Positions 1-8,520 are shown, counted from the first letter of the stretch. The stretch: 11,373 nt of DNA from Octopus sinensis (GCF_006345805.1 NW_021827004.1:1-11373), one strand, 5' to 3'. Translations and numbers: made by a program. Notes: generated by a model from the sequence alone, not told the origin.

Positions 1-401
1 ATATGGAAAGAGAAAGCGTAAGGTACAGGATCAACTAGTTGCTGATAATCACTATGTTCTGATAACGGAAAACAAATGAAATTCTAACTCGTTCATATCC
101 ATGGCCACCCACCCTAAGTCATCCTTCATTTTATTTGCTATTTGCATTTTTTAACGATATTTCATAAACGTCCTTCCCTGACTTTGAAATAATAAAAAAA
201 AACATTTTAATTTTTAAGGGCAACGTGTATTTATCGTTATTATTATTATTGTTGTTGGGTTTTTTTTTTTTGCATTGTTACATTCCACCTCCATATGTAA
301 GGATCGATAAAATATGAATAAATTTAGCCGAAATATTAGTGAATAAAATTCAAAGACTACAAAAATTGAGAGAAATTTATGGCATTTTATTAGGATTTCT
401 T

Positions 402-444
402 TATTATTAGTTATTATTAGTTATTATTATTATTATTATTATCC

Positions 445-484
<40 letters not shown>

Positions 485-558
485 CATCAATATTATTAAT
501 ATTATCCTTATTATTATTATTATTATTAATATTATTATTATTATTATTATTATTATCC

Positions 559-592
<34 letters not shown>

Positions 593-793
593 CATCATCA
601 TCAATATTATTAATATTATCCTTATTATATTATATTATTATTATTATTATTATTAATATTATCCTTATTATTATTATTATTATATTAATTATTATTATTA
701 TTATTATTATTATTCCTATCCTTATTATTATTATTATTATTATTATTATCATCATCATCAATATTATTAATATTATCCTTATTATTATTATTA

Positions 794-827
<34 letters not shown>

Positions 828-948
828 TGTAACAATAAATGCAGACATTAAAGGTGTAGAATTATTTTTATCATCATCATCAGCAGCAGCAGCACTATTA
901 TCATCATCATCATCATCCTCATCATAACCATCATCCATATCATCTTCA

Positions 949-998
<50 letters not shown>

Positions 999-1020
999 GT
1001 TGTTGTTATTATTATTATTT
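402..1020. repeat. Compound (ATT)n/(ATC)n/(CAG)n/(GTT)n trinucleotide microsatellite with internal higher-order duplications
   Basis: Directly visible. It accounts for the poly-I/poly-N/poly-D ORFs at 407-604, 630-1043 and 848-1054. Confidence 0.97.
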
Positions 1021-1223
1021 TTAAAATTGTTGTGAAATACCACGTTGTGAACAAATTATATACATTTTCTCAATGGTAGCAAATAAAATATTTGACTCCA
1101 TATTTTTCATTTTTATTTACTTATTTATTTATTTAAATTTTTTTCTCCCTCAAACAAAAAAAAAAGTCATCCAGTTTCTCCCTTTAGTTTTTCGACTTAA
1201 AATCGATTAAGATAGCATGTAAT

Positions 1224-1285
1224 AGCCGGGTGGTTAGGAGCTTACAACGCAACCGCTTTGCTCCGGATTCAATCTGACGGCATAA
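1224..1285 (+). mobile_element. Very degenerate tRNA-like SINE head (family A-like)
   Basis: GCCGGGTGGTTAGGAGCTT...AACCGC...CCGGATTCAATC loosely matches the family A head (GTGTGGTAAGTAGCTTGCTTACCAACCAC...CGGGTTCAGTC) seen elsewhere in this window. Confidence 0.35.
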
Positions 1286-1311
1286 AAATATGGTGATTTT
1301 TTACAATTTTA

Positions 1312-1312
<1 letters not shown>

Positions 1313-1361
<49 letters not shown>
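1313..1361. repeat. (TG)n microsatellite; degenerate TG tracts continue to ~1565
   Basis: Directly visible. Confidence 0.95.
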
Positions 1362-1362
<1 letters not shown>

Positions 1363-1567
1363 TACTTTTCTGCTACCATTGCGATTACAATACAGAGTTT
1401 ACAAATTATATTTGAACGAAACTTTGTTGAGAATCTGCGCAGAAGTCACCGTATGTACACGTGTGTGTGTGTGTGTGTATGTGAATCTGTGTTTGCGTAT
1501 GTAGGAGGAAGCACTTTCGTATTTGTGCGCACGTGTGTGTGTATGTGTGTGTGTGTGTTTGTGCATA

Positions 1568-1680
1568 TGTTAAGCTGTTAGACTCATGATTATATGATCG
1601 TAGGTTCGATTTCTAGATCAAGCAGCGAGTTGAGTCCTTATGCAACAGTCTTCGTGTAGACGTGGTTCCAGTCCGGTTAA
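1568..1680 (+). mobile_element. Degenerate tRNA-derived SINE head (family D-like)
   Basis: B-box-like GGTTCGATTTC, then GCGAGTTGAGTCCTTATGCAA and TCCAGTCC. The copy at 7233-7412 has GTTTCGATTTC...GCGTTGTGTTCTTGGGCAA...TCCAGTCC. Confidence 0.45.
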
Positions 1681-1782
1681 CGACCGAGGACATGTTAAGT
1701 CCTGCAGAGGACGCCTAACAAGACTATTAGCTCAAAATCTAGCAAAATGCAAAATAGCTACGATAGCTACAGCACACTGGAT

Positions 1783-1784
1783 TA

Positions 1785-1871
<87 letters not shown>
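1783..1871. repeat. (TA)n microsatellite that provides the TA target of the adjacent MITE
   Basis: Directly visible. Confidence 0.95.
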
Positions 1872-1873
<2 letters not shown>

Positions 1874-2379
1874 GTAAATCTTCGAGTATAGTCCGCCCTT
1901 CAGTATAATACGTAGGGGATTTTTAGGGGACTGTACGTCTGAAAAACCTAAACGCACCCCTTCTCTAACTTGAGTCGTGCGTAATTAAGCCAGCAGTACC
2001 TAGTCGAACAAACACTTCCGCGCATGCGTGATACAATAATGGTGATGTTCTTAACTGTTATATGGGAATGTAAATATGTTTGCAAATTGATTTTGTAACG
2101 TGTCATTCTGTGTTCTGAATACTTTTATTTTAATAAATGTTGCTTATTGCAAGTTATGGATGATTCTTTTATGACTTCATTGCTTTCAGGCTTAGCTTAA
2201 GGTATTTTTGCGCCCGACATCACAAAATGCGTCTGAATAAGCATTGCAGGACAGCAAATAGAGACTCGGACATTGCTTAGAAAATATTTTTCCCTTTTAA
2301 CCGCGTATATAGTACACGCTAGGGATTTTGACCTTTAAATTTTGGGAATAAAGTACGGATTATAATCGAGGATTTGCGG
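1872..2379. mobile_element. Non-autonomous Tc1/mariner-superfamily element (Tc2/pogo-like MITE), 508 bp
   Basis: 24-bp TIRs: CCGTAAATCTTCGAGTATAGTCCG (1872-1895) vs the reverse complement of 2356-2379, CCGCAAATCCTCGATTATAATCCG (20/24 match). TA flanks both ends (1870-71, 2380-81). CCGTA termini are typical of Tc2-type elements. No transposase ORF. Confidence 0.88.
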
Positions 2380-2381
2380 TA

Positions 2382-2522
<141 letters not shown>

Positions 2523-2696
2523 TCACTAGCACTTTATTATCTCCCTTTCATTCAACCTCTTTGTTCCAATTCATCGCCATGCTGGACCGCTGAACTCCAC
2601 ACGCTTTTTTTATGCTAAATTCCTTCTTCGTTTTTTACCTGTATTTTATACACACACGTGTGCACGTGCATACATGTATGTGTGTGTGTGCGTGCG

Positions 2697-2839
2697 TGTG
2701 TGGTAAGAAACTTATTTCCTAACCACATGGTTCCAGGTTCATTTCCATAGCGTGGCACTTTGAGTAAGTGTCTTCTACTATAGCCTCAGGCCGACCAAAC
2801 CCTTGTGAGTGGATTTGGTAGACGGAAACTGAAAGAAGC

Positions 2840-2870
<31 letters not shown>

Positions 2871-3092
2871 GTACGTTTGTGTATGTGTGTGTGTATGTGC
2901 CTCCACCACAGCTTGACAGCTGATGTTGGTGTCTTTACGTCCCCGTAACTTAGCGGTTCGGTAAAAGTAACCGATAGAATAAGTACCAAACTTAAAAAAT
3001 AGGTTTTGGGGTCGCTTCATTTGACTAAAAGTTCAAGGCTGCGCCCCAGCATGGCCACAGTTTAATGATTGAAACAGGTAAAAAATAAAAGA
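2697..3092 (+). mobile_element. SINE family A (tRNA-like head + CORE-like segment + internal TA/TG microsatellite + conserved tail)
   Basis: Shares AAGTGTCTTCTACTATAGCCTC, CCTTGTGAGTGGATTTGGTAGACGGAAACTGAAAGAAGCC, TTTACGTCCCCGT.ACTTAGCGGTTC and CCAGCATGGC with 8988-9390 (+); closely related blocks occur in 10140-10521 (-). It ends in an A-rich tail. Confidence 0.9.
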
Positions 3093-3283
3093 TACACACA
3101 CACACATGTATGTGCGCGTGCGTGTGCATATACATACACATGCAGTACATACGTAAGTATGTTTGTACATCTTCACTTGGGTATGTGTATATGTATGTCT
3201 TCTTGTGAATGTGCGTGTGTGTTTCTACATGCGTATGTAAAACAGTTCATCGAATTTACATCTTTTAACGTCAATAGGATTAC

Positions 3284-3402
3284 TTAGCCATCCAATAAAT
3301 ATAGATCGGTGAAATAAGTACAAGATTTAAAGAAGTATTGGGGTTGATATGATCGATCGATTAAAACACTTGAAGGTGGTGCTCCAGCATGGCCAAAGCC
3401 TA
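3284..3402 (+). mobile_element. Older 3'-tail fragment of SINE family A
   Basis: AATAAGTAC...TGGGGTTGAT...AAGGTGGTGCTCCAGCATGGCC matches the family A tail at ~9288-9360. Confidence 0.75.
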
Positions 3403-3499
3403 ATTCTAAAATTGATTAATAAATACTCATTTCAAACATAGGCTGAAAACCATGTTCGACGGGTTTGTATCGTTTATTACGTCAAACTCATTACTAAAC

Positions 3500-3618
3500 T
3501 AAAGCTGTACATTGACGACCTCGAGAGGGTAAAAGACCAAGTCGATATCAACGAACATAAAGGGACGTAACTCAATTCCATATGATATTTTTCTCATCGC
3601 TCGAGCAATTCTGTCAAT
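3500..3618 (-). mobile_element. Degenerate SINE family B copy
   Basis: The reverse strand reads GACAGAATTG...ACGTCCCTTTATGTTC...TCGACTTGGTCTTTTACCCTCTCGAGGTCG, parallel to GGCAGAAACG...TACGTTC...TCGACTTTGCCTTTCATCCTTTCGGGGTCG at 9540-9660. Confidence 0.55.
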
Positions 3619-3849
3619 CCAAATATTGAACATCAAATTTTTTCATGAAAATGGTGGGGGAAATGAAAATTCCTATGCTGAAATATTTTGAATATTTTTC
3701 TCATTTTTTTTTTTTAACTGAATTTTGATTTAAAGTTCAATATGTAATTTCAGGGTTTTATTCCTATTTCGATTTATATTTACGTAAAATCTTGAGTTTT
3801 AATGAAACTCAAATTTCAGGTAGCAAAAAATATGTTGTTTGTTTAAGGC

Positions 3850-3893
<44 letters not shown>

Positions 3894-3976
3894 TAATGTT
3901 AATAATAATAATAATAATAATAATAAAAACAACAACAACAACAACAACAACAAAAATAATATTAATAATAATAATA

Positions 3977-4010
<34 letters not shown>
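3850..4010. repeat. (AAT)n/(AAC)n microsatellite
   Basis: Directly visible. Confidence 0.97.
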
Positions 4011-4011
<1 letters not shown>

Positions 4012-4434
4012 GATTAAAATGTGGTGATGTAAACTTATGTCCTATAAAATATTTTCATATTTTTTTTACTCTGATACATTGGATTTTGACTAGTTTTCGG
4101 AAATATCGACCCCGGGGTGGGGATGATGAAAGACAAGAGCCTACATTGTTGGGAGGTGAACTGAATGTGATGGTGGCGGTGTGGGGGCACGTGGCATAAA
4201 GAAGAAAAGAAGAGGAAGCAGGACAACATAGATTGGGTGGAGGAGGAGGAGGAGGACAGGGGAAGAGGGTATTGATGTGTTGTTTGTGGCGGTGATGTGA
4301 TGTCATAAATAAAATGCTTAATTGAATTTCCTAAAACTCTGTAATTATGATAATTGCTATTTCTAACCAGTTGGGCAAAACTCAAAGAGTGAGTTTAGAA
4401 AATGGATGATGTGTATTCTGAGGGACTATCATGG

Positions 4435-4615
4435 AAAGACATGTGATCGCAAAACATGCTAGAAATAGCTGCCAACTCTTCCTCAATCATACCACTGTCG
4501 TCTTAAATAAAAAGAATTATACATGGAGCAATGTAGTCTATGATATAGCAAAAAAAAATATAGGATGGTTGGTCATGACTGGAACGCCTTCGATCCTAGC
4601 TGATCTGGAGCAAAA
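4435..4615 (+). mobile_element. Unclassified dispersed repeat (family F), copy 1
   Basis: AGAAATAGCTGCCAACTCTTCCTCAA...GGTCATGACTGGAA...GATC is collinear with the reverse complement of 6890-7085 (AGAAATAGCAGCCAAATCTCCTCAA...GGTCAACATTGGAA...GATC). Confidence 0.65.
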
Positions 4616-5059
4616 AAGGCATGTTAAGTGTGTAATACTTAGGTAAGTAGACTTCATCCGTCATTCGGTTTAACGCCAGCATCCAGCACTCTGGGTGCCT
4701 TTACTGAAGTCCATCCTGTCCAAAAAATTGGGGCAAAGTCACTGGTTAGAGAATACCTTCCTCTCCTTCCCCCCGACCCCCACAAGCTTCGGGGACCCTG
4801 TAAAAGGTCGTGGGCAATGCCTTGTCCCCTGACTAAAAGATAAAACGATGTATAAACAGCTTTAATATATATATATATATATATATTAAAACTACCAAAA
4901 CTCTACAGAACTCTGGACGGTTTTGTGTGTATGTGTTTCTGAGGTGTACGTGTGTGCGTGTGTGTGTGCTTCTGAGTGTATCTGCATGGTATGTGTGCAT
5001 GTATGTTCGTGCGTGCATCTCTAACTTCCATCAGCTGCCGATTCCAGTGTTATGTGTGT

Positions 5060-5100
<41 letters not shown>

Positions 5101-5104
5101 TAAT

Positions 5105-5608
5105 AAATAAAATATATGCATACATACATACATATATGTACGTACCTACATCTACATGTATATACACATGCATATATAAATATATATATGTGAGTACAGG
5201 ACACCACAAATAGACGTAGAACTCAACGAGAAACGAAAACGTAAAAACAAACATGGAAACGGACTTATTTTTAACAACGAAAAAACAGAGTACAAGACAA
5301 ACAATACAAGGAAAATTCCCCTTCATCAGTTGTCCCTGGTTCGACTCCATGTGTGTTTCGAAGGTAAGGACAGAACACGATCCGGTCGAACCAGTCCTTC
5401 CTGCAAAAGAATTAAATAAAACTCCTTTGCAGAGGGGTAAAAACAAGGAAAGAAAAAAATGTGACAAGAACAGGACGTAAAAGCAATACAAATAAAAGTA
5501 CAAATAAAAATACAAATGCAAAATAAAAATACAAATACAAAAAAATACAGTACACATAAAGAATAAAAACAGGACAAAGAAACCAACATTGGGGGCCTTT
5601 TTTCAAGC
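5105..5608 (-). mobile_element. Unclassified dispersed repeat (family E) carrying a structured hammerhead-like segment; possibly Penelope-like or retrozyme-like
   Basis: Its 3' part (reverse complement of ~5105-5270: AAAATAAG..GTTTCCATGTTT..GTCCTGTAC..ATGCATGT..GTAGGTA..ATGCATATATTT) recurs at 7413-7565. It is flanked by (TA)n on both sides and contains several inverted repeats plus CTGATGA and GAAAC on the minus strand. Confidence 0.65.
5318..5394 (-). ncRNA. Candidate non-circularly permuted hammerhead ribozyme (imperfect copy)
   Basis: Minus strand: GTGTT-C-TGTCC ... CCTTC-GAAACAC ... GGACAA-CTGATGA-AGGGG, plus a perfect 10-bp helix (5394-5385 with 5345-5336). See findings. Confidence 0.45.
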
Positions 5609-5788
5609 CTTATATATATATATATTATAGATCGAGAGAGAGAGAGAGAGAGAGAGATTTCCAACAGTGCAGTCGGCTTTTGCCATTTCGCATGTTAGTG
5701 TGTAACTATGATATTCCTGCTACTAAAACTGATAAAACAAACATTTACCTTCAGTTAAAATATCAACGCTATAAGTAAACATTAAAAT

Positions 5789-5911
5789 GGAAGAATCGGT
5801 TGAGCGTAACCAAAAATAGAGGGGAAACAAATAAATCACTTGCGGTATTTAATTACGTCCCTTTAGGTTCGGCGTTCAACTCCTTCTGGAAGTAACTTTT
5901 TTTTTTTGTAT
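5789..5911 (+). mobile_element. Degenerate SINE family B-like fragment abutting the family C insertion
   Basis: GGAAGAATCG...CTTGCGGTATTT...ACGTCCCTTTAGGTTCGGCGTTCAACTCC resembles GGCAGAAACG...AGCCGTATTT...TACGTTCTGAGTTCAAATTC at 9540-9620. Confidence 0.45.
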
Positions 5912-5920
5912 TCTTTTGGT

Positions 5921-6308
5921 GGGTGGAAGCACTCCGTCGGTTACGACGACGAGGATTCCGGTTGATCCGATCAACGGAACAGCCTGCTCGTGAAATCAAC
6001 GTGTAAGTGGCTGAGCACTCCACAGACACGTGTACCCTTAACGTTGTTCTCGGGGATATTCAGCGTGACACAGAGAGTGACAAGGCCGGCCCTTTTGAAA
6101 TACAGGTACAACAGAAACAGGAAGTAAGAGTGAGAGAAAGTTGTGGTGAAAGAGTACAGCAGGGATCACCACCATCCCTGCCGGAGCCTCGTGGAGCTTT
6201 TGGGTGTTTTCGCTCAATAAACACTCACAACGCCCGGTCTGGGAATCGAAACCGTGATCCTACGACCGCGAGTCCGCTGCCCTAACCACTGGGCCATTGC
6301 GGCTCCAC
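5921..6308 (-). mobile_element. Full-length tRNA-derived SINE (family C) with 9-bp TSD
   Basis: TSD TCTTTTGGT at 5912-5920 and 6309-6317. Minus-strand A-box TGGCCCAGTGG (6296-6286) and B-box GTTTCGATTCC (6252-6242) with tRNA-like spacing; the head resembles tRNA-Arg (recalled). High GC/CpG retention suggests a young copy. Confidence 0.9.
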
Positions 6309-6335
6309 TCTTTTGGTAGAGACCGTACCATGAAG

Positions 6336-6490
6336 GGCGGCTATCTGGCAGAATTGTTAGCACGTTGGCTCGCTTGCTTTGTGATAGTAGTTCGAGCCGT
6401 GTGTTTCCTGAGTTCGAACTCCCAGCGGAATTGTTTTATTTTTTCTTTTCATGGTCGATAAATAAATATCCAGCTTTGTAGTAGTGTCGA
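6336..6490 (+). mobile_element. Degenerate SINE family B copy
   Basis: CTGGCAGAATTGTTAGCACG, CTGAGTTCGAACTC and GGTCGATAAATAAAT are collinear with 9540-9700. Confidence 0.75.
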
Positions 6491-6527
6491 ACTTCTCTTT
6501 CTCTCACTCTCCCTTTTTGTCTATTAG

Positions 6528-6678
6528 TTACTCTGGTTCTGGAAGAAATCGGCTTTGTTCAGACTTGGAAACGAATGGAGCTCCGTCAGATCAAAAATTC
6601 ACTCAAGCTACGCCGTATATCACGACGACGCTCATACGACCGACCCAGCAAAGAGTTACGAGCCCAAGGCAAACAGAG
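6528..6678 (+). CDS. Candidate internal coding exon of an unidentified gene (151 bp)
   Basis: Pyrimidine tract ending in TAG (6492-6527) and donor GAG|GTAAAA at 6678/6679. The sequence is complex, not repeated in the window, and stop-free in all three + frames. The most protein-like frame is xTLVLEEIGFVQTWKRMELRQIKNSLKLRRISRRRSYDRPSKELRAQGKQ. No homolog recognised. Confidence 0.4.
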
Positions 6679-6691
6679 GTAAAATAAAGCA

Positions 6692-6884
6692 CCATATTTG
6701 GTGGCATAAAAGACGCACGGGCATATTAGGCGCACCCCCAATGTCAGCAACACATATCCAAGAAAAAAGTTGATAGTGCATTAAGGCTCATGGGAAGCCC
6801 AACTTCGTTTACTGGACCCACGATGAATTTGTGAGGCAATTTTTGTGGGGGGTGAAAATGCGTCTTGTATGCCATCAAATATGG
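6692..6884. mobile_element. 193-bp Tc2/pogo-like MITE
   Basis: 26-bp TIRs: CCATATTTGGTGGCATAAAAGACGCA (6692-6717) vs the reverse complement of 6859-6884, CCATATTTGATGGCATACAAGACGCA (24/26 match). TA on the right (6885-86), CA on the left (probably a mutated TA). Confidence 0.88.
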
Positions 6885-6889
6885 TACCT

Positions 6890-7085
6890 ATTGTCGTTTA
6901 GCCTTATGGCAAATCTGATCGAGTAGTAATGATCAAATACTTTCCAATGTTGACCTTCCCGATTTTTTTCCTTATGTTATAGGAAACCCAGGACCATATT
7001 ATGGATCGTATTCATTTCCGAGACTGTAAGGGCGTGGCTTGAGGAGATTTGGCTGCTATTTCTGTTAGCCCGAGTGACCATTTAT
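6890..7085 (-). mobile_element. Unclassified dispersed repeat (family F), copy 2
   Basis: Reverse-complement similarity to 4435-4615. Confidence 0.65.
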
Positions 7086-7232
7086 ATCTATGGTAGAAAT
7101 CGTTAGTGTGCCAAAATTAAGCAGAAGGCCTGAAATAACGAAGAATAGATACAGAGGATTATACTGACCCTCTCCCTACCCAAGTGTTCATCTTGTACTC
7201 AGAACGAAAAGAAGGATATTTGAATAGTCTTT

Positions 7233-7412
7233 GGAGGCAGGTGGCTTAGTGGTTAGGGTGGTTTCGATTTCTGAGCCGGGTGATGCGTTGTGTTCTTGGG
7301 CAAAACACTGCATCTCCTGCTAATCCAGTCCACTCAGCTGGCAAAAATGAGTAATCCAGCGAGGGACCGACGATCGGCCCAGGTAGGGAATATATACACC
7401 ACGGAAACCGGG
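7233..7412 (+). mobile_element. tRNA-derived SINE (family D) with CORE-like and Meta/V-like central segments; tRNA head internally deleted
   Basis: A-box TGGCTTAGTGG is almost directly followed by B-box GTTTCGATTTC. Then come TTGTGTTCTTGGGCAAAACACT (CORE-like) and CAGCGAGGGACCGACGATCGGCCCAGG...GAAACCGGG (Meta/V-domain-like). Domain names are from recall. Confidence 0.7.
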
Positions 7413-7565
7413 AAAATAAGTTTGTTTCCATGTTTTTGTTGTTTTTTTATGTTCTCGTTTTTCAGTTTGTTCATGTTATTTTGACGTCCTGTACCCAGAT
7501 ATGCATGTATATATACGTATATATGTAGGTATGCACATATATGTTTGATATGCATATATTTATAT
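7413..7565 (+). mobile_element. Partial second copy of repeat family E (3' part only)
   Basis: Collinear with the reverse complement of ~5105-5270. Confidence 0.7.
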
Positions 7566-7580
7566 ATTATATATTATATG

Positions 7581-7660
<80 letters not shown>

Positions 7661-7661
<1 letters not shown>

Positions 7662-7820
7662 CGATGGACTTCCACATAGTTTCCGTCAATCAATTCATTC
7701 ACACAGCATTCGTTGGTCTGGGGCTATAATGGAACACACTTGCCCAAGATGCCGCCTAGTCGAACTGAACTCAAAATCAAGCAGCTGCAAAGCGAGTTTC
7801 TTAACCACACAGCCATGCCT
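7661..7820 (-). mobile_element. Old 5' half of SINE family A
   Basis: GGCTATAATGGAACACACTTGCCCAAG and ACCACACAGC match 10426-10518. It ends at the internal (TA)n tract. Confidence 0.8.
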
Positions 7821-8299
7821 GGGTCTGAATACTATTAAAGATTTCGCACAGAATTAATTCTACAGCATCTTTACAACAACAACTAAAAGAAAAAAAAAAG
7901 AGTGCAGAGCTACACATCTATTTTGTCTTGAAACATATTTTCTACCAGTCGATCGATATATAATGAGAGAGAAGCTGGCTAATCGCGTTATCTTTGAAGA
8001 TGAACTTCCATATATGTCTCTTTTCAAAAGAAGGTAAACAGTAAGAAAGATTATACATACTTACATACATTCATACATACATACGTACATACATACATTC
8101 ATACGTGTGCGTGAGTGCGTGTGTGTGCGTGCGTGTGTGTACGTACGCACCTATATCGATCTGGTTAAATTATTAAATAACTAACTGCGATGAACGCCAG
8201 AAATATGAAAAATTAATCAGAATTGAATATCTTCGTAAGTAGTAGAGGTTATTCTAACTATCAATAAGTCGTTCTTAGACGTTCAGTATGTCTGCAAAT

Positions 8300-8393
8300 A
8301 TACACAAACACACACACACATATATATATATTAATTGTTATCGCCATATTACATACATATATATACATACATATATATCATACATATATATAC

Positions 8394-8444
<51 letters not shown>

Positions 8445-8487
8445 TATATATATATAATATATATATATATATACATATATATTATAT

Positions 8488-8520
<33 letters not shown>

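Noticed and set aside
407-1054. Poly-Ile/poly-Asn/poly-Asp ORFs, including an acidic DEDDMDDGYDED stretch
   Set aside because: They are translations of (AAT)n/(GAT)n microsatellite, with no domain or splice context.
4035-4385. Pro/Ser/His-rich minus-strand ORFs
   Set aside because: Explained by degenerate (GGA)n/(GGT)n/(GAT)n purine-rich low-complexity sequence.
5021-5045. Minus-strand GGCAGCTGATGGAAG as a second hammerhead core
   Set aside because: CUGAUGG does not match CUGANGA, and I found no partner GAAA or stems nearby.
5021-5664. 178-aa and overlapping hydrophobic ORFs
   Set aside because: They come from T-rich low-complexity sequence of repeat family E and from (TA)n/(GA)n tracts. 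No recognisable protein.
6007-6285. 92-aa ORF MAEHSTDTCTLNVVL...
   Set aside because: It lies wholly within the TSD-bounded family C SINE, on its antisense strand.
6235-6308. Possible tRNA gene
   Set aside because: A/B boxes are present, but no acceptor stem closes a cloverleaf and the sequence continues into a TSD-flanked SINE body.
5921-6308. Short terminal inverted match (GTGGAAGC ... GCTCCAC) suggesting a DNA transposon
   Set aside because: Only ~7 bp and imperfect. The tRNA-like head with Pol III boxes fits a SINE better.
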